64,000 bases of DNA from an uncultured Verrucomicrobiae bacterium (lineage in GTDB: Bacteria > Verrucomicrobiota > Verrucomicrobiia > Chthoniobacterales > JAFAMB01), in assembly GCA_963804425.1 (NCBI GenBank), contig CAWDQF010000007.1, positions 756,442-820,441 on the forward strand, read 5' to 3'. The notes under the pieces are model-generated. The model worked only from the letters and a program-made list of their open reading frames with translations. It did no database searches and had not been told where the DNA came from. Position 1 is the first letter of the stretch, and the number at the start of each line of letters is the position of its first letter. Of this stretch, positions 8,548-17,904 are shown piece by piece. The translations under genes and the position numbers were made by a program.

Positions 8548-10680
8548 CTAGTTATTGACCGGGATTGCGGCGGGTTCGGATCCTGTCATTCCGAAAGTAT
8601 GCAGCAAAAATCCGCACTCCATCGCGTACTCCTTCAAGCGGTCAAAACGCCCGCTTTCGCCTTGGTGGCCGGCGCCCATGTTCGTCTGGAGAAGTAACAG
8701 GCGGTTCTGGTTCTTCAACGTACGCTGTTTGGCTACCCATTTCGCGGGCTCCCAATAACTCACCCGAGGATCATTCAATCCGGCCGTCACGAAGAGATTC
8801 GGATAAGGTCGATCTTTGACGTTATCGTACGGAGAGTAAGACCGCATATAATCGTAGTATTTCTGATCAGCCGGATTCCCCCATTCCTCGTACTCCGTGA
8901 CCGTCAGCGGGAGTGATGGGTCGGACATCGTGTTCAGTACATCGACAAACGGCACGGCAGCGATCACCGTCCGGAAAAGGTCCGGCCGCATATTCATCAC
9001 ACTCCCCATTAACAAGCCGCCGGCGCTGCCGCCGGTAATCGCCAGCGCATGCGGAGAACCATATTTTTGTTCCAGGAGATATTCCGCGCAGCGGACAAAA
9101 TCGGTGAACGTGTTTTTCTTCCGTAGCAGCTTGCCGTCTTCATACCAGGTTCTCCCGAGTTCGCCGCCGCCACGAATGTGAGCGATCGCAAAGACAAATC
9201 CTCGATCCACCAGGCTCAGGCGGGCAGAGCTGAATTCCGACTCTTCGCTGAGACCATAGGCACCGTAACCGGTGAGCAGGATGGGGGCCGATCCGTTTCG
9301 TTGAAATCCTTTCCGATAAAACAGCGAGATAGGAATCTCTACACCGTCGTCCGCTCTGGCGTATATTTGCTCTTCGGCATACTGATCTCGATCGAAGCCT
9401 CCCAGCACCGGCATCTGTTTTCGGGTGGTCTTGGTCTTCGCAATCATGTCGTAGTCAATCACTGAATTCGGCGTAATGAGGGAGCTGAACTCGAGTCGGA
9501 CGATACTAGAGGCGAAATCGGGGTTTTCCCCTAATTCCACATCGTAAGCAGATTCGGCAAAGTCGATGTCGTGAGTGTCAGCCGTTTCCAGGTTGTAAAC
9601 CCGAACGATGGGCAAGCCGCGTCGCCGTTCTAGCACAACCAAATGGTCCTTGAATGCCTCAATTCCGGTGATAGCAATATTTGGGTCGTAGGGCGCGAAA
9701 TCGGACCAATGCTCTTTCGACGGATTGTCAATCGGAGCGGAAACAATCTTAAAGTTTTTCGCATGTTCGTTCGTGACGAAAAAGAAGCGGTCGCCATGAT
9801 GATCGACATGATAGATCAACTCTTTTTCCCTAGGCTGGATCAGGAGAGGCGGGTCGGTGGGACGATCAGCGTGAATAAATCGGATTTCCGTAGCCAGTTT
9901 ACTTTCGACCTCGAAAAAAATGAACTGCTTGCTCCGAGACTTGGAGATCGAAAGCTCAAAACGCTCGTCCGGTTCTTCCAGTACGGTGGGGTCTGATTGA
10001 ACGCCGGTTCCGAGTACATGACGCATTGCTCGGAAAGGGCGCTTAGCGGCATCGAGTTGATCGTAAAAAAACGACTGATTGTCGTTGGCCCAGGCAAAAG
10101 AGTAGGAAGTGCCGCTAATAATGTCTGGTAGCAGCTCACCAGTTTCCAGATTCTTCACCCGAAGTGTGAATATTTCGCCGCCATTCGTATCCACCGAGTA
10201 CGCCAGCAGGCGATGGTCGGGACTTACCGAAAGTACTCCAATGCTGAAATACTTGAATCCGTTAGCCAACGAATTTTCATCGAGAAGGATTTCCTCCGGG
10301 GCATTTAAATCGCCCCGCTTACGGCAGAAGATTTCGTACTGTTTTCCAGATTCGCTGCGCGAGTAGTAATAGTAATCGTCTATTCGGTAGGGAACGGAGA
10401 GATCCGTTTCTTGGATCCGTCCGCGCATCTCGCGATACAGCCGTTGTTGAAGGGCCCGCACCGGCTTGAGCTTGAGATCGGTGTACCGGTTTTCTGCTTC
10501 CAAATATTTGATCGTCTCCGGATTTGTCTTATCACGAAGCCAAAAAAACGGGTCGTTCCGGCTTTGTCCTTGTTCGGTGATAACGTGAGGACGCTGGGGT
10601 GCCTGAGGTGGAGTCGAAGCGGCAAGTGAACCGGCCATACCTAGGGTCAGCAAGAAACTCGTTCGAATCGTGTTAAACAT
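8548..10680 (-). CDS. ptrB: S9A prolyl oligopeptidase family serine peptidase (oligopeptidase B-like), secreted
   Basis: A beta-propeller N-region followed by the catalytic GGSAGGLLMG nucleophile-elbow motif. The likely start is M18 (MFNTIRTSFLLTLGMAGSLAAS signal peptide) rather than 10731. Confidence 0.85.
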   Translation of the reverse strand: MFNTIRTSFLLTLGMAGSLAASTPPQAPQRPHVITEQGQSRNDPFFWLRDKTNPETIKYLEAENRYTDLKLKPVRALQQRLYREMRGRIQETDLSVPYRIDDYYYYSRSESGKQYEIFCRKRGDLNAPEEILLDENSLANGFKYFSIGVLSVSPDHRLLAYSVDTNGGEIFTLRVKNLETGELLPDIISGTSYSFAWANDNQSFFYDQLDAAKRPFRAMRHVLGTGVQSDPTVLEEPDERFELSISKSRSKQFIFFEVESKLATEIRFIHADRPTDPPLLIQPREKELIYHVDHHGDRFFFVTNEHAKNFKIVSAPIDNPSKEHWSDFAPYDPNIAITGIEAFKDHLVVLERRRGLPIVRVYNLETADTHDIDFAESAYDVELGENPDFASSIVRLEFSSLITPNSVIDYDMIAKTKTTRKQMPVLGGFDRDQYAEEQIYARADDGVEIPISLFYRKGFQRNGSAPILLTGYGAYGLSEESEFSSARLSLVDRGFVFAIAHIRGGGELGRTWYEDGKLLRKKNTFTDFVRCAEYLLEQKYGSPHALAITGGSAGGLLMGSVMNMRPDLFRTVIAAVPFVDVLNTMSDPSLPLTVTEYEEWGNPADQKYYDYMRSYSPYDNVKDRPYPNLFVTAGLNDPRVSYWEPAKWVAKQRTLKNQNRLLLLQTNMGAGHQGESGRFDRLKEYAMECGFLLHTFGMTGSEPAAIPVNN

Positions 10681-10700
10681 TGGTTTTTGCGTTCGCAAAC

Positions 10701-10757
10701 CACGAATGGACGCGAATATACACGAATGCACTGACTTTTAATTCGCGTCCATTGGCG
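10701..10757. repeat. REP-like palindrome (aatggacgcgaat / attcgcgtccatt)
   Basis: A 13-bp inverted repeat with a 23-nt loop lies at the 3' end of the ECF operon. A half-site copy (cgatggacgcgaat) occurs near 14043. Confidence 0.6.
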
Positions 10758-10858
10758 TCTATTCGCGGTTTACAAAAGGAAAGAACTCGCAGAAAACCCA
10801 CGCGAAGTCGTCCCCTTTCGTCGCGCCCTTGCACCGTCGCCTGGCTCGAACATGGTCT

Positions 10859-12463
10859 CTAGACTTGGGGCGGTTGATCAGGCGGCGGAGAACTCGGCGG
10901 GTGATCAGAAGAAGATCCAGTAGGCGGTTGTTCGCGTGGCGAAGACGGACTTCTCGGCTCACTTCGCAGAGCTATCGGCACCACAACCGAGCCACTGATC
11001 TTGTCGTGCCAGGTTTGGCGCTGCGGATCAAATAAGACCCAAAGAAATCCCAACCCCACAGGGAGCAGAGAGAGCAGACTAGAAAGCGCTCTCACCATGG
11101 CAGTGCCATAATCGCCGATCAGGCTGCCGCCATCCAATTTTTCAACCCGAAGATTCAGCACTATCTCACCCAACGTAGCGCTTCTCCAAACATACATACC
11201 GAAGCGGTAGAGCACCCAAGTCGGAACCATGATCCGAATGATGCCCGTGAATTGGAGCAAAGAGAATAGCACCGCGAGGTCGATTAAGTTGGCTCCGAGG
11301 CGTCTCCAGAAATCAGCGGTGATTCCTGAGGCAAAGTTTAAGGCTGGACGAACCGGGGCAGATTCCGGGCTGGGGCCGTCGGTCGCCGGTTTGGCTGCAG
11401 CATTTAGTCGGGCGACCGGCGTCGCGCGCGACCGATCAACGACGTACAAACTAAAGGCACCCAATCCCGCCAGGAAAACAAGGCTGCCGGCAAGGAAACC
11501 GACCACCGGAATACAATAAATAATCCAGCAGACAACCGCGCCGAGAGCAATCCAGGCAAGGGCACCATGTTTCTGTTCTGCCAATTTAGGAGCTATCCGC
11601 CGACCAATCGCTTGAAAAACGGCAGCATTTCCAATGAGCGAAAACACGACCAGCGTCGCGACGACAAAGGGAATAACGAAAATTCCCAAGACTGTGATCA
11701 GCAGAAGAAAGCAAAACAACGCTGCGGCCGGGACAATAGCCAAACCGGATAGCAACGAAGCAGGTGCGCGTTCCTGCAGGATTCTTCCGGTGTCAGTCAA
11801 AAGCCTAGGGAAGAGTGCGCCCACGCCCAGGCAAAAAGCGAGGACGAACAGCGCGCCGAACCAGGAACTCATTGAATCAGGCGACATCGGTCGGAGGAGC
11901 AACACCGTTCCGGAAAACCATTTATCAAGTCCAAGGATGGTATCGGTTGGCAGGATATCGAGATTGACCCGGTCGCCGTTGACATGGACATCTGAAGCGC
12001 CGGTAACAGCGGAGGCAACGGAAGTGAAATCGCCATTCACAACGGCCCCGGGTGAAAAACGTATTTTCGAAGCCACGCCCACGGTATCTCCGTTAATCGT
12101 TCCGGAAACGTCCGCATCGCTTCCGACCAAGACGCAATCCCCGTTCACTGTTCCGTCGATCTTTGCATGGCCGCGGATAAGCACCAGGTCTCCGGAAGTC
12201 GATTCGCCCCTTTCCAGCACAAAATCGTGCCCAGTAATGAGTTGATCGCCGGCGTGCTTGTCCGAGCGAATCTCCCAGCGCTGTTCGGCTCCATGGGTAG
12301 AAATTTGTACCGGTACGGATCGGCTGGAAAGCCACTGCACCACCCGCCGCCAATGGTCGAATTGTCTGGTCTGTAGGCATTGATCAATCCGTTGACTCTG
12401 TTCATTTCCTGATGCCTGGAGCAGCGTCAATCCCAACAACCCTGCCGCAAAAATCAATTTCAT
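10859..12463 (-). CDS. membrane protein: bactofilin-like (polymer-forming cytoskeletal) repeat region + multi-TM + RDD domain + Pro/Ser-rich tail
   Basis: GDLVLIRGHAKIDGTVNGDCVLVGSDADVSGTINGDTVGVASKIRFSPGAVVNGD has bactofilin-type periodicity. Several hydrophobic helices follow, then FWRRLGANLIDLAVLF...QTWHDKISGSVVV (RDD family). The likely start, ATG 12463 (MKLIFAAGLLGLTLL), overlaps the upstream stop codon as ATGA. Confidence 0.7.
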   Translation of the reverse strand: MKLIFAAGLLGLTLLQASGNEQSQRIDQCLQTRQFDHWRRVVQWLSSRSVPVQISTHGAEQRWEIRSDKHAGDQLITGHDFVLERGESTSGDLVLIRGHAKIDGTVNGDCVLVGSDADVSGTINGDTVGVASKIRFSPGAVVNGDFTSVASAVTGASDVHVNGDRVNLDILPTDTILGLDKWFSGTVLLLRPMSPDSMSSWFGALFVLAFCLGVGALFPRLLTDTGRILQERAPASLLSGLAIVPAAALFCFLLLITVLGIFVIPFVVATLVVFSLIGNAAVFQAIGRRIAPKLAEQKHGALAWIALGAVVCWIIYCIPVVGFLAGSLVFLAGLGAFSLYVVDRSRATPVARLNAAAKPATDGPSPESAPVRPALNFASGITADFWRRLGANLIDLAVLFSLLQFTGIIRIMVPTWVLYRFGMYVWRSATLGEIVLNLRVEKLDGGSLIGDYGTAMVRALSSLLSLLPVGLGFLWVLFDPQRQTWHDKISGSVVVPIALRSEPRSPSSPREQPPTGSSSDHPPSSPPPDQPPQV

Positions 12464-12879
12464 GATTTGGTCGCAGCCAATCGTTGGACCGTAGAGGCAG
12501 CCACGATGCAGGTCCCATAACTGGCCGCCGTTATCCCCAGAACTACCAACCAAAGGGGCGCTTGAAATACTCGCGCCGAGCTGAGCATCGTTACAGCGAT
12601 CTCCAAAAGCTCAGAGGTAACCCGAAAGACAGGAGAGAGGGCCAACAGCGAAGAGAACAGGTGAGCCGGATTCAACCAAAGCAGTAGAACCAGCAACGCC
12701 ATCGACAGTCCAAGGCTCGAATTGCGAAGCAATGCCCAATGCTCCCGCCAAAACCTAATCCATATCGGTTGAGCGGCCCGTTCTTGGACCCGTTTCATTA
12801 CATCCGGGAGCAGGTTTGCCGGCGCGTTCACATCCGGCAGATTTCGTAGTTCCTCATCTAACCAATCGTGATCATTCAT
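12460..12879 (-). CDS. putative membrane anti-sigma factor (no zf-HC2 motif)
   Basis: Lies immediately downstream of, and overlapping, the ECF sigma gene. Short cytoplasmic N-terminus followed by about 3 TM helices. Confidence 0.55.
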   Translation of the reverse strand: MNDHDWLDEELRNLPDVNAPANLLPDVMKRVQERAAQPIWIRFWREHWALLRNSSLGLSMALLVLLLWLNPAHLFSSLLALSPVFRVTSELLEIAVTMLSSARVFQAPLWLVVLGITAASYGTCIVAASTVQRLAATKS

Positions 12880-13366
12880 GTCGGTCTCCTATCAATTTGC
12901 GTAGCGTTTCCCGGGCCCGATGAATATCCGTTTTCACTTTGGCGAGCGAGATGCCGAGTTTGGTTGCGATTTCCTCGTAGCTTAATTCTTGGAAGTGGAA
13001 GAGAACCAGCGGCACTCTTTGTGCGTCCGGTAATTTCTGAATTGCTAGTTCTAACAATTCGCGACGATCGTCGACCTTCTCGACTGGCGCAGCCAATTCC
13101 GGTTGATCCTCTTGTTCTGAGAAGAAACGCCAGCGGGCACGATAACGGTTCAGGTGATTAATGGATAGGTTCGTCGCGACGGTTTTCAGCCAACCGCCGA
13201 TCGATTTGCTCTGTTGCAGATCAGCGAAGCGGTCATATGCCTTGATAAACACCTCTTGGGTTATATCTTCGGCGTCCGCAATACTGCCGACAATCCTAGC
13301 CGCAACCGAAAACACCATATTCTGGTAGTTCCGGACCAGCGTCTCGAACTCCTGGACTTGCGCCAT
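12872..13366 (-). CDS. ECF (sigma-70 family group IV) RNA polymerase sigma factor
   Basis: Region 2 (DAEDITQEVFIKAYDRF..WLKTVATNLSINHLNRYR) and region 4 HTH (LSYEEIATKLGISLAKVKTDIHRARETLRK). The likely start is MAQVQEFETL at 13366, not 13435. Confidence 0.9.
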   Translation of the reverse strand: MAQVQEFETLVRNYQNMVFSVAARIVGSIADAEDITQEVFIKAYDRFADLQQSKSIGGWLKTVATNLSINHLNRYRARWRFFSEQEDQPELAAPVEKVDDRRELLELAIQKLPDAQRVPLVLFHFQELSYEEIATKLGISLAKVKTDIHRARETLRKLIGDRHE

Positions 13367-13462
13367 CGTGGTCTCGAGTCCGCAGAGAGGCTGGCGATTG
13401 AATCCGGCCAGCGGCAAGGTTGCGGTACTAACCATTATCGTGAGAATTGTTGCGGCGATCTA

Positions 13463-13636
13463 TCAAATTGCGAGAAAACTCATTTGGCGAATACATTCCG
13501 CAGCGGTCAACATAGCCCAGCCGCAGAGCCAGATTGCAATGAGCGTCTCGGCCCGATTGGTCGATTTGTACCCTTTGATCCATTCCACTCCTGGCCTGGC
13601 CGGTGTGGACGGAAAATAGACGATCTTATTGTTCAT
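13463..13636 (-). CDS. small (57-aa) single-TM protein, paralog of 13650..13967; absent from the ORF track (<60 aa)
   Basis: Own translation: MNNKIVYFPSTPARPGVEWIKGYKSTNRAETLIAIWLCGWAMLTAAECIRQMSFLAI. GAGGA lies 8-12 nt upstream of the ATG. The first 45 or so residues align with the neighbouring ORF. Confidence 0.55.
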   Translation of the reverse strand: MNNKIVYFPSTPARPGVEWIKGYKSTNRAETLIAIWLCGWAMLTAAECIRQMSFLAI

Positions 13637-13649
13637 ATGCACATCCTCG

Positions 13650-13967
13650 TTAATTCAAACGGAGGACACCGGGAGTAGGGGAAAAGTTGCAAGATTCTCT
13701 GGGGCAGGTGCTTTTCACCGGCGAGTTTGAATTGCCTTCGCGGTTTACTACTAAATAGGTCCGGGCTTTTGCCTGTTCAGGGGGCTGAACGGTCGAAAGC
13801 GGCGCTTCGCTGATTTCGCGAAAACATGCTGCCGCGGTCAACAGAGCCCACCCACTGAGCCAGATTGCGATCAGCGTTTCGGCTCCGGTGGTAGGCTGGT
13901 ATCCGGTGATTCGCTGGACGCCTCTCCGGGATGTGGTGAGCGGAAAACGAACAATTTTATTTTGCAT
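13650..13967 (-). CDS. small single-TM protein, paralog of 13463..13636 (homology covers roughly the first 50 aa; the C-terminal extension is doubtful)
   Basis: MQNKIVRFPLTTSRRGVQRITGYQPTTGAETLIAIWLSGWALLTAAACF aligns with MNNKIVYFPSTPARPGVEWIKGYKSTNRAETLIAIWLCGWAMLTAAECI. Confidence 0.5.
   Translation of the reverse strand: MQNKIVRFPLTTSRRGVQRITGYQPTTGAETLIAIWLSGWALLTAAACFREISEAPLSTVQPPEQAKARTYLVVNREGNSNSPVKSTCPRESCNFSPTPGVLRLN
13662..13690 (-). promoter_or_regulatory. putative ECF-type promoter, copy 1 (GCAACTT-N14-GTGTCCTC)
   Basis: The minus strand reads gcaacttttcccctactcccggtgtcctc, about 26 nt upstream of ATG 13636. The same motif with the same spacing recurs upstream of the paralog. 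Confidence 0.3.
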
Positions 13968-13990
13968 CTGGGCTTCCTCCTCTTCAGACA

Positions 13991-14019
13991 GAGGACACGG
14001 GCGGCGGGAGAGAAGTTGC
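13991..14019 (-). promoter_or_regulatory. putative ECF-type promoter, copy 2 (GCAACTT-N14-GTGTCCTC)
   Basis: The minus strand reads gcaacttctctcccgccgcccgtgtcctc, about 24 nt upstream of ATG 13967. Confidence 0.3.
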
Positions 14020-14174
14020 GAAATTGTCGGGCGGTGAACCGCCGATGGACGCGAATTTTTCGAAACAGCGCAGATCGACGCAGGCGTACCGGCGTTATCG
14101 GCGTTCCCGACCCGGCGTTAGGAAGGATTGATTTGACGGTGCAGCTCGGGGGTATATCCTTTGGCCTTTCGTCT

Positions 14175-14262
14175 GGTGAGGTGGCTGAGCGGTCGAAAGC
14201 GGCGCTTTGCTAAAGCGTTGTACCCCAAAAGGGTACCCAGGGTTCGAATCCCTGCCTCACCG
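14175..14262 (+). tRNA. tRNA-Ser (anticodon GCT), long variable arm, no encoded CCA
   Basis: Hand-folded cloverleaf: acceptor GGTGAGG/CCTCACC, D-loop with GG, anticodon loop TT-GCT-AA, variable arm GTACCC-CAAAA-GGGTAC, T-arm CAGGG-TTCGAAT-CCCTG, discriminator G. Confidence 0.9.
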
Positions 14263-14439
14263 CTCTTTTCCCTCGAAAATAAGTCTCAGAGCCACTTCGC
14301 GCCCGAGAGACGCCACTACATGACAACCAGAGTCATTAGCAGAATCGCGCATGCATACGCGCAAAAACGCATTCTAACTGTCAACCATTCGTCAACAGGC
14401 TATTTGGCATAAACGCCGGCAAGAGACGTAAGCAAATCC

Positions 14440-14772
14440 TTGCGGCCTACGACCCGGTCTCGATTCCTGCCAGGTGTGTGCCTTGGGCTGATGAACTTAC
14501 GAGAGACTCCTTATCTAGCGCCAATCGTGCTTGCCCGCTGCTTGCACGTTTTTGGGGTCCAACTTGGCCAGATGGCGTGGCTAATCGCCGAGATCGTATC
14601 GGGGGCGCCTTTTCGATTGCAAAGTGTAGACCGGGAGAACGCCCACATCGTGTTCGAGCGAGTCGCTAATTTCTTGAAAAACAAGGAGGTATCCACCGTC
14701 TGCATAGAGGTGTGGTCGGAGCCGCTCGGGTGGAAGGGACTTGTTAGCGGGCGGCGCGTATGTCTTGCATAA
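14440..14772 (+). CDS. hypothetical protein
   Basis: ORF only; no recognisable motif. Confidence 0.25.
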   Translation: MRPTTRSRFLPGVCLGLMNLRETPYLAPIVLARCLHVFGVQLGQMAWLIAEIVSGAPFRLQSVDRENAHIVFERVANFLKNKEVSTVCIEVWSEPLGWKGLVSGRRVCLA

Positions 14773-14802
14773 ATCCAGAATTACCGTACCAAGGTTCCGA
14801 TC

Positions 14803-15327
14803 GTGGCAGCGTCAGTGCACATAATTTGCTCGCAACCACGAGCCAGAGTGAACCGCACAATTCATTTCGACGCTTTCGTCTTTCTATTGCTGTTGGCTTT
14901 GTTGTTTCTGCTCAGCGGCCAGCTCAGTCGTTTTTCGGCTCCGCGCTCCATGCTCGAATCTGGAAAGGCAATCGATCGGACGGCTGCGAAGAATGCAATA
15001 TTAGTTCACCCGCAGGCCGTTGGCCTGTTTCCCGATCCGGTTGAAATCAAGGTATCGGCAAATGACCAGCGAGTAGATTCCTCTTTTGACGTCGCACTCA
15101 ACAAAGTGAGGCGAAAGCTTCGTGGCGTGCCAACTCGCCTAAAGGATCACGGGCACCCGTTCAATGTGAAGATCGTCTCTCGATACAGGTCCGCGGCAAA
15201 TCTCGTAACCCGGATCCATTCCTGGCTGGTAGACGAACTCGGACGGCCGTGGACAGAAATTCGGATAAATGGACGAAGCATCAAAAAGCGGCTCACGACC
15301 CGTCATCTCGCGGCAGCAGCGGAGTAG
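14803..15327 (+). CDS. hypothetical membrane-anchored protein
   Basis: ORF with an N-terminal hydrophobic helix (FVFLLLLALLFLLSG); no recognisable domain. Confidence 0.4.
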   Translation: MAASVHIICSQPRARVNRTIHFDAFVFLLLLALLFLLSGQLSRFSAPRSMLESGKAIDRTAAKNAILVHPQAVGLFPDPVEIKVSANDQRVDSSFDVALNKVRRKLRGVPTRLKDHGHPFNVKIVSRYRSAANLVTRIHSWLVDELGRPWTEIRINGRSIKKRLTTRHLAAAAE

Positions 15328-15368
15328 CTGGGTTAATTAAACTCTACATCGCACATCGTTAGGAAACG

Positions 15369-16232
15369 ATGTCTGCTTACGTACAAACCGCAGCCACTTT
15401 TGGCGGCACGTTAACGCTTCCCACCGTTACATTTGGATCACCCGTAACTGCCGGGAATACCATTCTCGCTTTCGTCAGTTCGACCACGAACAGCGGGGTA
15501 GCTTATAGCGTATCAGATAGCCAGCGCAACCTTTACACAGGCCTGGGACAACCAACAACCGGCAACAACTTTGAAGGTCAACTATGGGCAGCTTTTGGAG
15601 CAAAAGGCGGACCCTGCACCATAACAGCCACCATGAGCGGTGGCGTACATGGCTCGCAGGTAAAAGCAATTGAAGTTAGCGGCTTAACCGGGATAGTCGA
15701 GAAACAGGCTGCTGGAACAGGATCAGGAGCAAATCCTGGCGCTGGAAACCTCGTGACTACAAGCGCTGGCGATTTCCTTATAGCCTGTATGCGCGGCTCT
15801 ACTCCGACTGCGCCAGGGGCAGGATGGACGCTGCCTGACCTTCAATCCAACAGCATTGAGTATCAGATTGCCGGGGCACCGGGAACATATCCGGCCACTT
15901 GGGTTGCACCAGCCCACGCCCACAGCGCATTAAGCGCGGCCCTGCGATCGGGTGCTCCATTAAATCCATGGATTCAACCGGCTTATGCTGGCAACTCGGC
16001 TTTTAACGCTACTCAGCAATGCGGCTTTATTGTTGGCAACGTTTTAGAATACGAAAGAACGCAGCCATGGGCGGTAATGGCTGCAATCAAAACATCTATC
16101 AAAACCGGCATCAGCTGCCCTCATATTTACCAATGTACCGGCAAACGGGCCAGATTATAAAGGGTATGAACTGTGGCTAAATTCGACTGGACACCTGCAG
16201 GTTAGAATAATTAGCGAGCCTAGATACCGATG
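15369..16232 (+). pseudogene. hypothetical protein with a LamG/concanavalin-like C-terminal fragment; frameshifted near 16100 and truncated at 16232
   Basis: ORF 15369..16160 ends ..QPWAVMAAIKTSIKTGI. Another frame continues SAALIFTNVPANGPDYKGYELWLNSTGHLQVRIIS (LamG-like strands), then stops abutting the convergent gene at 16234. Confidence 0.45.
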
Positions 16233-16233
16233 A

Positions 16234-16602
16234 TCAAACAAACGAACAAAACCAAATCTTGTTTCCCTCGCTATCCAGGAAACTGCCGACATAATGGACT
16301 TCGTCGCAAACCTGAACGGCATCAGAAATCTCGATACCTCGGGCGCGAAGGCCTTTTTCGGTCTCGCGTGCATCTTCAGTCTCTATGGTCACACGGGGAT
16401 TTGGCGTCGCGGTAGGAAGCACATCCCAATTTGCTTTCAGCATCAGAATGGCCTGATCCAGAAGATAACCAACTTGCTCCTTACCTTCATACGCCGGCGG
16501 TAATCCCAGGGTCTCACCGTAGAATTTGTTTGCTCGATCCAAGTCACGCACCGACAGCGCAATCACTTTGGTGCGCAGAAAACCAAGGGGGGAAACGCTC
16601 AT
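16234..16602 (-). CDS. VOC (glyoxalase/bleomycin-resistance/dioxygenase) family protein
   Basis: 122 aa; the pattern VRDLDRANKFYGETLGL...GSFLDSEGNKIWF is typical of single-domain VOC proteins. Confidence 0.75.
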   Translation of the reverse strand: MSVSPLGFLRTKVIALSVRDLDRANKFYGETLGLPPAYEGKEQVGYLLDQAILMLKANWDVLPTATPNPRVTIETEDARETEKGLRARGIEISDAVQVCDEVHYVGSFLDSEGNKIWFCSFV

Positions 16603-17158
16603 GTTACGATGATGAGCTTGTTCGATCCGTAGCGCAAGTCTGCCTCACGTGTTTGTCTGGTCACCTTCGTCTGCCCAATGCCGGCCACGAGGGCCGCAAC
16701 AAAGCGCGATCGCAGCCTTCGACCGGTACATAGCCTGCATTTGCGCGGTTTTATTCAGTTGCGGAGCGAAAGTCGAGAGTTCCGACTTTCTAGGATTGGA
16801 TATAGGCGCGTTTGCCGCAATCCCGCCACGACCCTCGGGATAAGCACTGTAGCCTGGCATGACGCGGGATGCTCGGGCGATCGCGTCGCCTCCACACATC
16901 GCCAAGCGTCGAACCGGACTTGCCGCCCGGCCTCTTCCCGTATCTGGGTTCATCGGACACTCCCTAACCCAGCGAGCGGTTGCGTCTTGCCTGCCGGCCT
17001 AGCGCGCGCTGGAGGGTGCACGCCATCAACACCGAACTGCATTTCCGAGATTGTCCGCTAACCGGACATATCGCAGACCTCAGTGGATTGACGAGATCGA
17101 TCCCCAGCAGCCCGGCAAGTGCGAATGACTTTGCAGCCCCGGCGTGCACTGCAATCGT

Positions 17159-17628
17159 TCATCCGTCGAGGAAGGAGGCGAGTTTCTCTAGAGTGGAGCG
17201 GCAGCCGGCCTCATTGTCTTCAGGCCGTATGCCCCGAGGAATGTTCTCGCAGAGTAGGGTGACCTTGGTGCCGCTGCCTGCAGGTGCCAACGTTGTGCTC
17301 ACTGTCATCTCGCCAGCGAAAGACGGGTCCGCAGATTCGAATTCAATGGCCCACACGATTCGCTCGTAGGGGATCAACTACAAAGCGGCCTCGGAAAGTG
17401 TCAGTGCTTTCAGAGGTCTTACCCCGCGACGACCTGTCACCTTCTGGATATAAAAGTGACATCCTGAAGGACTCACCTTCTCGCCCGTCGAAAGCATGTA
17501 CCACGCCTCTCATGGCACCCGGAGGAAGCCAAGCTACTAGCGCGCCCTGACCCCAGGAAGGCTTGGTACACGGCCTCGCGTGGCGCATTGATGACTCTTG
17601 ACACTGCCGTGCTCGTCGGATCGCTCAT
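17159..17628 (-). pseudogene. SRPBCC / AHSA1-like family gene with at least two frameshifts
   Basis: Three minus frames together give MSDPTSTAVSRVINAPREAVYQAFL | ALVAWLPPGAMRGVVHAFDGREGESFRMSLLY...TDTFRGRFV | IPYERIVWAIEFESADPSFAGEMTVSTTL..GTKVTLLCENIP. The breaks are near 17555 and 17370. Confidence 0.65.
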
Positions 17629-17904
17629 GTCGTGCATGATAGCAGGTTAGCGATTGATTTCCCACTTGGGCTGAGGTTCGCTTTTGGGCACGACTTGGGC
17701 TCAACCTTACGTCCAGCTTGGATAAAGATAGGTGAAGCCGCCCTAATCTCGATTTATGAGTACACGGCCTAGGCCATTCCACGCCCTGAGCGCTTCCTCG
17801 TAGCTTTCCCGTTCGCTCCGCATTTCGGGCAGGCTTCTGCCTAGTTTCCCGTCCTAAGAGAGCATAGCCTTCCAGCGGATCTTTCCGCCGTGGAAGGAAT
17901 TTAA

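Noticed and set aside
16645-17149. ORFs between the VOC gene and the SRPBCC pseudogene, where an ArsR-type partner regulator might be expected.
   Set aside because: No HTH motif is recoverable in any frame; the region is probably degraded sequence.
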